DNA of 21,461 nt, taken from positions 1-21,461 of the forward strand of contig JBLIRO010000077.1 of assembly GCA_049472335.1 (NCBI GenBank), in the 5' to 3' direction. The position numbers and the translations under genes were made by a program. This document shows positions 6,463 through 14,443 of the stretch, piece by piece. The DNA is from a bacterium. GTDB taxonomy: Bacteria > SZUA-182 > DTGQ01 > JAFGSM01. Position 1 is the first letter of the stretch; the number at the start of each line of letters is the position of its first letter. Under the pieces are notes generated by a model that was given only the letters and a program-made list of their open reading frames with translations, was not told the DNA's origin and did not search any database.

Positions 6463-9054
6463 ATGAGATGGAAGGATATCACATCCTTTTTATTCAAGCT
6501 GTCAAAAGAGATTATCGATGAAATATGTGATCGGAGAGAGATCAACTTCGATTCTTATTTACATGAGTTTGAGAAGGATTATGAAAAGGCGTTTGACGCC
6601 TTTATCGAGGCCATTAAATTATCATTGGGAAACAATACCCTTCTTGTCCTGCTCGATGATTTGGAAAGGCTTCAGATAGAGATACTTAAGGGAAGCATTA
6701 ATAAGGACATATTCTATTTTTTAAATAAATTAATGGAAACAAGAAGCTGTAATTTCATTATAACGGCCTCCAATAAGGTATTCCATTTAGAAAATGAATA
6801 TAAAGGTTCTTTTTTATCCAATACCATTATCAAGGATGTGAATTTCATAAATAAATTCGATGCCCGACGCGGACTGGGCAATTATCTAACAAGAAAGATC
6901 GATGATGTTTATGGAACGGTTGAAAAAATCATAAAGATTACAGGCTGTCAGGCCCACTTTATCCAGATCGCCCTGGATGCCATTATAAAATATATCAGGA
7001 AGAACAATTTAAAATACCTGACAGATAAAGACTGGAAGGAAATCAACACAACCATACTGGAATCCGTTGATAATGAGCTTCTTAACATCTGGGATAATTG
7101 TCTGCCTTCAGAAAAGCTTGTCCTTTCCTGTTTATCGAATTTAGATGAGAAGATGACCATCGACCTCGACATAAAACCCACTATTAAAAAAGAGCTGTCC
7201 GAACTGGCCTGTTTGGTTTCAGGAGAGGTCCTTAATGAAACCTTAAAAAACCTTTCCGCAAAATCGATACTGGATCAGATATTTGTTGAAAATGAAATAA
7301 ATTACACCTTTACAATAGGCTTGATGAAGGACTGGATAAAGGAGAACAAAAATCCCTTCGCAGTCATTAGTGAAAATGCCATTCAATTGTTAAAGGATCT
7401 ATCACTGGAAAAATTTATATATCTCGACAAGCAGATCAAGGCCCAGGATAAGATGGACTTTTTTCTTTCCACCATCGATTTCGACAGACGAAGATGGAAT
7501 ACCCTGGTAGAATTCTTCCGGATATGGGGAGAGCTTTCCAAAGGCAAAGAGGTTGGTCCATATGGCACAATCGAGGACAATATTAACGAATTATACAATG
7601 CAGCCAAATTTTTTTGCAGCCTCTTCGGATTCTCCATAGAGGATACAATCGACCATCCCAGATTAATCTGTTTCAAATTCAGAACCCCGGCCATCACTTT
7701 AAAAAAATTAAGGGATCTCTTCTTAATCATCCCTAAATTCGAAAATCTGGATGAGGCATTTTACAAGGCCTTGACAGGCCTGATCATCGATCTGGATGCC
7801 TCTTCTCATGTGTTTCTGATAATGGAATTTTTCGAATCCCCGGTGTTCAGAAAATTCTGGATGGACTCCAAACTGGATTTGGTCTTGATAAACTCGAAGG
7901 ATATGAAGGAGATCCTGCTTTCTCCGAACTATCTGCACAGCCTGCTGGAGAATGTTATTTTAAAGCAGGTGGATCTGGTTCAATTTTCACCATATTCCAC
8001 CAAAGGGCCCGCCGAGGACACCATGTTTTTCGGAAGGCTGCCGGAAATCCGGAGGATAGAAAGACAATCGGATAAAAGCTTTGCCATTGTCGGGGCAAGG
8101 CAATTAGGCAAAACCTCCCTGTTGCTTAAGGTCCGTAACAGGATTATGGACAACAAGAGGATCAAGACACTTTATATGGATTGCGAACCTTATAATGATC
8201 TGGTCAAGCTGTGCAGGGATATTTCAAGACGCCTCTTTTTTGATTCCGAGCCGATCAACGATCTGAGAGAATTCAGGTCCCTGATAGTGGATAACTGCCA
8301 GAAAGAAAATATTAAGGTAACGCTGTTTCTGGATGAGATCGATCCTATCCTCGTGATGGACAGGCAGGAAGGAGAGCTGCTTTTCAAGATATTCCGGTCC
8401 CTTTCCCAGGAGGGTTATCTTAATCTGATCATTGCCGGATATGAAACCCTGTTTATGGTTACAAAGGATGTTAAGTCACCCTTTTTTAATTTCCTGGAAG
8501 TCATCAGGCTGAGCCAGCTTGATTTTAAGTCGGCGGCCCAACTGATATTGGCGCCCATGAGTGATCTGGGTATAGAAATCCAGAACAAAAACATCATCGT
8601 GGACGAGATCTGTAAAATTACCGCTTGCTATCCAAACCTTATTCAGAGTATTTGTAAAAGGATTGTGGAGATTTTAGCGTCGGAAAAAAGAAGAACGATT
8701 TCCGAGCTGGACATTGCCAGGACCAAAGTGGATAGAGAGTTTCAGGATTATGTTGTGAGAAACTTTTATAATCCTGTCTCGGAACTGGGAAAAATAATCA
8801 TTCTGTCATTAACGGATATGAATGAATTCAGCCCCAATGATATTGATAATAAACTCAGTAAATACGGGATAGAATTAAGTCACAGCCAGCTTTATAATGA
8901 GATTGACAATCTATGCATGCTTTCCATATTAACCAGATACGGCAAGAAATATCAATTTACAATCCCGTATCTATCCGTTATCTTTAAGAATACCATGGAA
9001 ATTGAATTGGAATTGGAGAAATTACAAAGGGACGTGAAACAATATGCAAATTAA
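6463..9054 (+). CDS. C-terminal part of the split gene: remainder of STAND-type NTPase 1, an uncharacterised middle domain, complete STAND-type NTPase 2 and a winged helix
   Basis: Walker B LLDDLE; ITGCQAHFIQ (GxP-like position); SPYSTKGP...FFGRLPE; Walker A GARQLGKTS; Walker B LFLDEID; SPFFNF; TACYPNLIQ; C-terminal wHTH-like segment. Confidence 0.85.
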   Translation: MRWKDITSFLFKLSKEIIDEICDRREINFDSYLHEFEKDYEKAFDAFIEAIKLSLGNNTLLVLLDDLERLQIEILKGSINKDIFYFLNKLMETRSCNFIITASNKVFHLENEYKGSFLSNTIIKDVNFINKFDARRGLGNYLTRKIDDVYGTVEKIIKITGCQAHFIQIALDAIIKYIRKNNLKYLTDKDWKEINTTILESVDNELLNIWDNCLPSEKLVLSCLSNLDEKMTIDLDIKPTIKKELSELACLVSGEVLNETLKNLSAKSILDQIFVENEINYTFTIGLMKDWIKENKNPFAVISENAIQLLKDLSLEKFIYLDKQIKAQDKMDFFLSTIDFDRRRWNTLVEFFRIWGELSKGKEVGPYGTIEDNINELYNAAKFFCSLFGFSIEDTIDHPRLICFKFRTPAITLKKLRDLFLIIPKFENLDEAFYKALTGLIIDLDASSHVFLIMEFFESPVFRKFWMDSKLDLVLINSKDMKEILLSPNYLHSLLENVILKQVDLVQFSPYSTKGPAEDTMFFGRLPEIRRIERQSDKSFAIVGARQLGKTSLLLKVRNRIMDNKRIKTLYMDCEPYNDLVKLCRDISRRLFFDSEPINDLREFRSLIVDNCQKENIKVTLFLDEIDPILVMDRQEGELLFKIFRSLSQEGYLNLIIAGYETLFMVTKDVKSPFFNFLEVIRLSQLDFKSAAQLILAPMSDLGIEIQNKNIIVDEICKITACYPNLIQSICKRIVEILASEKRRTISELDIARTKVDREFQDYVVRNFYNPVSELGKIIILSLTDMNEFSPNDIDNKLSKYGIELSHSQLYNEIDNLCMLSILTRYGKKYQFTIPYLSVIFKNTMEIELELEKLQRDVKQYAN

Positions 9055-10216
9055 AAATCCTTTCAAGTATTGGGGGCATTTGGATCCTAAAAAAGATTCG
9101 GATATTTATATCGACAGAAAAAAGGACCTGGATACCGTTCTAAACCGTATCAATGACCTGAATTATTATGCAATCATCGCCCCCAGGCAGACCGGCAAGA
9201 CCACTTTTTTACAACAGTTGATTAATAAAATAAACGAGGACGATCTCATAAGACTGGAAAGTATTTATATTACTCTTGAAGATCTTGTAAATGTAAATTC
9301 AGACCGGTTTTATTTTAATTTCGCCAGAAAGATCATCAGGTATATTTCAACTAATTATTCAATATACCCTGAGTCCATGGAATCTATCCATGAGTCGGTA
9401 GAGTCAAATCTGGACCTGGAGGATTTCTTTATAAAATTAAGCGAGGCCCAATTCAGCCCGAAAGAAAATGACTATGAGATCATATTTCATCCGTCTGAAG
9501 ACAGAAAAGGCTTGAAATTCGTCATATGTATAGATGAGATAGACGCCATACCCGACAAACTGGCCCTTGAGTTTCTCAAGACCTTAAGGGCCATTTTTGA
9601 GCAAAGGTCCTTCATTAAAGGCTATGATTCATTTTCTTTTATAATAAGCGGGGCTGTTGACCTGGCAAAACTTACCTACGGCAAAAGCTCACCCTTCAAT
9701 ATCGCGACAGATATCCACCTGAGTGATTTTAAAAAGGACGAAATGGCATCGATGATTGAAAAGACCATGAAAGAGGTGGAAGTCCGGTATTATGAAGGTT
9801 TTATAGATGACCTTTTTGGCGCGACCAACGGTCATCCTTATCTGACTCAGAAGCTATGCGGCAAGCTATTGGATAATCTGATTTCAGAGCGCAGGTTTCT
9901 TATTGAACAAAACGAGCTTGCAAGGGAAATAGAGAATTTGATAAATGGCAATGATTGGAATCTTAAGACCACCCTGGAAAAGGTATTGGAAAATAATCAG
10001 CAGGATGTTTTATTGAGGATCCTGAAGGGTGAAAAAATCAAGTATAATCAAAGTGATAATTTCTCATACGCGTTGAAACTGGCAGGAGCTTTGGTGAATG
10101 AAAAAGAGGAGCAGGATAACGGGACATATAAGAATCATTCCAAAACAATGAAATTCTGCGAAATCAGAAATCCCATTTACAAACAGTATTTTTATAAATA
10201 TTTCAATATGGAGTAG
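9044..10216 (+). CDS. AAA-like (AAA_35-type, STAND-related) ATPase, stand-alone
   Basis: NPFKYWG...YIDR, Walker A IAPRQTGKTT, Walker B ICIDEID, SSPFNIA, TNGHPYLTQKLC, IRNPIY; overlaps the upstream gene by 11 nt. Confidence 0.88.
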   Translation: MQIKNPFKYWGHLDPKKDSDIYIDRKKDLDTVLNRINDLNYYAIIAPRQTGKTTFLQQLINKINEDDLIRLESIYITLEDLVNVNSDRFYFNFARKIIRYISTNYSIYPESMESIHESVESNLDLEDFFIKLSEAQFSPKENDYEIIFHPSEDRKGLKFVICIDEIDAIPDKLALEFLKTLRAIFEQRSFIKGYDSFSFIISGAVDLAKLTYGKSSPFNIATDIHLSDFKKDEMASMIEKTMKEVEVRYYEGFIDDLFGATNGHPYLTQKLCGKLLDNLISERRFLIEQNELAREIENLINGNDWNLKTTLEKVLENNQQDVLLRILKGEKIKYNQSDNFSYALKLAGALVNEKEEQDNGTYKNHSKTMKFCEIRNPIYKQYFYKYFNME

Positions 10217-10240
10217 TAGATAGTGCCAAGTCTCTATATT

Positions 10241-11389
10241 TTAATAGATATAAAGAAGGTTTGGACGCAAAGTATCTTGAGACAATTCAAATCCATTCCC
10301 GCTTATCTTCCCGAAAAAGTAATAAGTGGACAGAAATGACCCGGTAACATCTCTTTTGTCCAGATTTAAGCTTGCAATATCAAGCAACCCTTTAAAGTTC
10401 AACAAAAAATCATAAGAGCTATATGAAGCACAAGGGGTGTCTATAAGTATTCTGTTAAGACCGCCACCGAGATCCTCTATTTCTAAATTAAGATTATTTG
10501 GATCCATAATTTCAAAATCCACCATACTATTACAGGAATTGTCTTTACCGTCGCAAATCTCCGGTGCTCCCGGATATGTGTTTGGATCATTATAATCACA
10601 GTCTATGGATTCTACAGCATAACCATCAGGCGGCGTTTCGGCAACTACCGTATCGTTAGGGTCACCATAACCGTCACCATCCGTATCACGGTAGTATGTG
10701 TAGAGAGGGGCCGGCTCGAAAACAACTGCATATTCAATCAGTGCGTAATCAAACGAAGGGACATATTCTATTGCATCAGCTTCCATGGTCTGGTAGGTGT
10801 TATTTGTTTCCATGTCCAAAATAACAGGCCCGTTCGCGTCTCCCAGCCGAAGGTCCATCACAGTCGCAGGGCCTATTTCATTCGGGTCCCAGGTTAAAAC
10901 AGGGAAAAAACCAGGATCGTCTGCCTCAGCAGATCCTCCTACGTTGGATCCTCCTATAAATACGCTTAATATCCAGACTTCTTGCTCAGCACCAGGCGGC
11001 CTGACATCTTCGGTAAACTCTTCGGTGCCCTGTTTAATCGTCAACACTACGGAAAAATCCGGCGGATTAAAGGGTGGGGGCGGGTAAGCCTCTCCATTGG
11101 GATCAATCCCTATTTTGATAATGCTCACATCATCAGACTGTCCTGTCCCTTTTATCTCCAACTCCCAGTTTTCATCCTCCGAAAGCGCTCTATAACGTTT
11201 GTCGGCGGGAAATTCTCTAAATCTGCCTAAGGCACCTGAGTCATCAGGCACAAGATAATTTGGTGCGGTCTTTCTTATATCAGGGTAATAAGGGGCAGAA
11301 TTTATTGTTTGGGTATAGGCTTTATTGATTCCGAAGAGTAAAATCATGCAGAAAAATATTATGCAGGCTCTCAGTATCCGACTTTTCAC
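10241..11389 (-). CDS. Secreted hypothetical protein with one MopE-related putative metal-binding motif
   Basis: GTG start with AAGGAG RBS; signal peptide (MKSRILRACIIFFCMILLFGINKAYT); motif YYRDTDGDGYGDP...DCDYNDPNTYPGAPEICDGKDNSCNSMVD at about 10517-10698. Confidence 0.8.
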   Translation of the reverse strand: MKSRILRACIIFFCMILLFGINKAYTQTINSAPYYPDIRKTAPNYLVPDDSGALGRFREFPADKRYRALSEDENWELEIKGTGQSDDVSIIKIGIDPNGEAYPPPPFNPPDFSVVLTIKQGTEEFTEDVRPPGAEQEVWILSVFIGGSNVGGSAEADDPGFFPVLTWDPNEIGPATVMDLRLGDANGPVILDMETNNTYQTMEADAIEYVPSFDYALIEYAVVFEPAPLYTYYRDTDGDGYGDPNDTVVAETPPDGYAVESIDCDYNDPNTYPGAPEICDGKDNSCNSMVDFEIMDPNNLNLEIEDLGGGLNRILIDTPCASYSSYDFLLNFKGLLDIASLNLDKRDVTGSFLSTYYFFGKISGNGFELSQDTLRPNLLYIY

Positions 11390-11527
11390 TTGACACTCCT
11401 TGTCTTATATTATTTTATTTGACATTCATTAAAAACTTTTTTATATTATAAAAAAATCTAAATATATATTATTTTTTTATTTAAATTAATGGCTATCAAT
11501 AGAAAGACGGTTCTGGTTACTCAGTTC

Positions 11528-12898
11528 TTATTTTTTTATCAAAACACGCGACTGTTTCTGATTGGACCCCATATGAATTACAGCGGAGACATCGTTTTCA
11601 TTTTTGCTGCGCGGCTCTGCTATCAAGGTCGACTCTGTTGTCTGGTAGTCAAAAAGCTCGGTTTTTATCTTTGATCTATACTCAACGTCTCCCTTCCATA
11701 CACGCCTTAATTCAAAGGTAATCGGTTTAGTCCTGTAGTTTCTGACAATCTCATTCCATATCTGTTCTTCATCCCAGCCATCCACCTCATCATGTTTGTT
11801 GAAGCTGAAATTGTATCTTTTGGTGGACTTTTTAATGGTTTCATAGACCACAAGGTCATCAGGGCCAAGATTAACCTCCACATCCGCCAAAATCGGGACA
11901 TACCGTATGGTCTGTTCACCGAGATATGAAAGCCCTTCCTTTCCGTTTTCACGAAATATACGAATTAAACCGTCCGGAAGCGGCGATTCACCCAGTTTAT
12001 GCCTTTCGTCATTTTTCCAGATAAAAAACCTTTGGGGCCTGGGGCCGTATTGTTCGGCCCTCATTCGGTACATGACGTCGAAATTGACCTCATCCGCCTT
12101 AACGGCCAGCATTCGCTTGGACCAGCCGTCGGGAATGGTTTCCCTGCCCTCCACTGTAAACATAAAATATTCGGACAGGCCCTCTTTGACGATTCCCTTG
12201 GGTGCGGCAGCAGGCAAAGCCGCTGCTGGAGCAGCCAATTTATAATGCATAGCCCTCTCGGCTTCATCAAAGGATTCCAGGGCCACCTTTTTACGCATTT
12301 CAGGGTACATCGGACTCGCCGGCGCGGGAGGGGATATTCCGTAGCGACGAGCAAGCTCGGCAATCTTTTCAACAAGGTTTATATGTCCCACAATTAGCCT
12401 GACTTCGGCGTTCTCATACTCTTCACCGGAATTATTATATACACGGACGTAGCCCCTGAACTTCATTCGCTCTTCTTCCGGATCAGTCTCCCCGATATAA
12501 TCCATGTTCCATGTAAGACCACTGGTAAAATAGGACACCTCAACCTTCACCTGACCTTCATGTTTGGAATCTATGTTCCAGATAAGGTGCTGGGGCTTCT
12601 GTCCCAGAATGGTGGTGTCGGCAAGCTCGATCTGATCCTTGTATTCGACAGGCCTGAAATCAACGCTTGTGGGATCAATCAGTGTTCCGGACCAGGCAAA
12701 CTGTAGCTTATTGGAGCCCTTTTTTACCGTTATGTACCGGGTTTCTTTGACAAGGGTCAAGTCTTCGGAATTGTATATTGTTAATTGGACGGTGTCTCTT
12801 GACGGAAGGGTCACAAGATCTATGTTTTTTGCAAAAGCTGCTGTGGAAAACAGGATAAAAAAGATTGTCCAAAAGAGTATTTTTTTTGTGGTCATCAC
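11528..12898 (-). CDS. Secreted DUF4139-like protein
   Basis: Signal peptide ending AFA; VQLTIYNSEDLTLVKETR, VSYFTSGLTWNMDY, NNSGEEYENA, LGESPLPDGLIRIF, YLGEQTIRY; AAGGAG RBS before GTG/ATG. Confidence 0.75.
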   Translation of the reverse strand: MMTTKKILFWTIFFILFSTAAFAKNIDLVTLPSRDTVQLTIYNSEDLTLVKETRYITVKKGSNKLQFAWSGTLIDPTSVDFRPVEYKDQIELADTTILGQKPQHLIWNIDSKHEGQVKVEVSYFTSGLTWNMDYIGETDPEEERMKFRGYVRVYNNSGEEYENAEVRLIVGHINLVEKIAELARRYGISPPAPASPMYPEMRKKVALESFDEAERAMHYKLAAPAAALPAAAPKGIVKEGLSEYFMFTVEGRETIPDGWSKRMLAVKADEVNFDVMYRMRAEQYGPRPQRFFIWKNDERHKLGESPLPDGLIRIFRENGKEGLSYLGEQTIRYVPILADVEVNLGPDDLVVYETIKKSTKRYNFSFNKHDEVDGWDEEQIWNEIVRNYRTKPITFELRRVWKGDVEYRSKIKTELFDYQTTESTLIAEPRSKNENDVSAVIHMGSNQKQSRVLIKK

Positions 12899-12911
12899 TT
12901 AGCTCCTTATC

Positions 12912-14177
12912 TTACCAGAGATTTTTGATGGTAAAGTGAAATCTGGCTGTTTCCTTTTTGACCTCATCATCCCTGCCCTTTGTTTTTGCCGGTAAGATCA
13001 CCTGCAGCTCGGGCAGGGCCTGGCCCTGATCATATGCCAATTGGATATTACCCGAAGTTTTATTCCCGATTTCCCACTCCACGTCACCATGGGTGTTTCC
13101 GAAATACTCCTGGCCGATCTTGTTCACTTCCTCAACTATCTTAAGGGTAACCGGTTTTTCCTTATAATTTTCCATTTCATATTTGATGACAATCTCCTGA
13201 TTATATAGATTACCCCTGACATGATGGCGTTCATTTTCCTCTATGGTTCTTGTACATATAATATCCCTGGCTTCCCCCAGATAAAGTACCATTTCACTGT
13301 CAAGGGGCGTCAGACTGGCCCAGTCTTCTCCCAGGAATGCCTGACCTCCATGCCCGTCATCTATAAATATCCTTACCTTGCCCGGCTGCAAAGGGAAAAG
13401 GCCCATGGCATGTTCTTCATCGTTGGTCAGCTTATAGTGCATCAGGATCTTAGAGGCAAAAGGTTTGTCCTGATTGAGTGGACCATGTTTATACCAGTTG
13501 AAGTCAAAGGTTTTTTCTATAGGGACATCCTTAAAAAGGTGGATCAGCATCCTGATTTCCTCTTGCTGGCCTATCTCCTTTTTGAACTGCTCTCCAAAGC
13601 CGGCCCATACCCCGGAAATGCCGAAATCCTCCCCGGAATAATTGGTCAGCTCAAGATAATTCCTGAGCGCAAGCATTGTCTCATCTTTATTGGAATATGC
13701 TCTGTAGCTAAACCTCCTTGAAAGATTTGAGATTAGATAGCTGACTCGGACCTTGACAGCGCACGCCTCGTAAGCGTATACCTCCCAAACAAGTGCGTTT
13801 TCACCCGGAGGATATGAAACGCTTATCACGTTCACCTCATCCACCATTTCACTGCCTTCACCGGGGGAAACCTTCCTCAGAGGCCGGAATGATTCGCCGG
13901 TACTGACCGCCAAGGGTCTGAACTGGATCGAGTTTTTGTCGATCTGCGTGTTAGACCAGCTAAAATCTATCATATTGTTGCCCGTCCTTGGTGTGGATTT
14001 TAGAAGGGGCACTATCCGCTCCTCTTCGGCCAACGTGAAATTGCTATTGTCAAGCTGGATCTCAACAAGTTCACGCTGGGGCAGGGCAGCGAGCTTGATA
14101 CGTGCCGCTGAAGGATGAGCAAAAAATAATAAAATGAGCAAAATCAGTAATAATCCTTCAAAACTCGAACGTTTCAT
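12912..14177 (-). CDS. Secreted DUF4139-like protein (divergent paralogue of the downstream gene)
   Basis: Signal peptide; TLAEEERIV, FSWSNTQID..SIQFRP, NYSGEDF, MGLFPLQPGKVRIF, FLGED align by eye with the neighbour; GGAGG RBS. Confidence 0.7.
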   Translation of the reverse strand: MKRSSFEGLLLILLILLFFAHPSAARIKLAALPQRELVEIQLDNSNFTLAEEERIVPLLKSTPRTGNNMIDFSWSNTQIDKNSIQFRPLAVSTGESFRPLRKVSPGEGSEMVDEVNVISVSYPPGENALVWEVYAYEACAVKVRVSYLISNLSRRFSYRAYSNKDETMLALRNYLELTNYSGEDFGISGVWAGFGEQFKKEIGQQEEIRMLIHLFKDVPIEKTFDFNWYKHGPLNQDKPFASKILMHYKLTNDEEHAMGLFPLQPGKVRIFIDDGHGGQAFLGEDWASLTPLDSEMVLYLGEARDIICTRTIEENERHHVRGNLYNQEIVIKYEMENYKEKPVTLKIVEEVNKIGQEYFGNTHGDVEWEIGNKTSGNIQLAYDQGQALPELQVILPAKTKGRDDEVKKETARFHFTIKNLW

Positions 14178-14258
14178 TTCGTCCTCCCTGTTGATGGATT
14201 CTAATTGATGAATTTACACAAACTCTTTGATTTGAAAAAAGGAAACCTCTCGCTGAAA

Positions 14259-14288
14259 AGTATATTGAATAAGTATTGTTATTGTCAA
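14259..14288 (-). promoter_or_regulatory. Sigma-70-type promoter TTGACA-N18-TATACT for the DUF4139 pair
   Basis: On the minus strand, TTGACA at 14288-14283 and TATACT at 14264-14259, about 80 bp upstream of the 14177 start. Confidence 0.6.
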
Positions 14289-14323
14289 CACAGATGGATT
14301 ACAGTTGGAGCCCGGATATTTTT

Positions 14324-14352
14324 TTGACAGAAACATATTTTAAACATATAAT
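14324..14352 (+). promoter_or_regulatory. Consensus sigma-70 promoter TTGACA-N17-TATAAT for the mvhD-metVF-glt operon
   Basis: TTGACA at 14324-14329, 17-nt spacer, TATAAT at 14347-14352; about 90 bp before the mvhD start. Confidence 0.75.
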
Positions 14353-14443
14353 TAATATCTTGAAATTTTTCAGATATTTTGTGCCTAATCATTAAACAAA
14401 TTTTTGTTGTTATTCCAAAATCACAGATGCGATGGGAGATGAA

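Larger units (their letters stand above)
3697..9054 (+). pseudogene. Single ~1785-codon propeller-HEAT-propeller-STAND-X-STAND-wHTH gene interrupted by one in-frame TGA at 6400-6402 (nonsense mutation, readthrough or sequencing error)
   Basis: Both ORFs are in the same frame (6463-3697=2766). The gap translates openly as GTGKSDLL*QINSGCLGEEYIPVYISLQYMRW. The matching Walker B (LLVLLDDLE) is in the downstream ORF. No Shine-Dalgarno is visible before ATG 6463. Confidence 0.8.

Noticed and set aside
3112..8597. Many short minus-strand ORFs opposite the YqhA/propeller/STAND genes
   Set aside because: Antisense shadows of well-supported genes with no recognisable motifs.
10797..14118. Short overlapping ORFs within the MopE-like and DUF4139 genes, including 11489-11674 and 13221-13721
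   Set aside because: Shadow or alternative-frame ORFs without family motifs.
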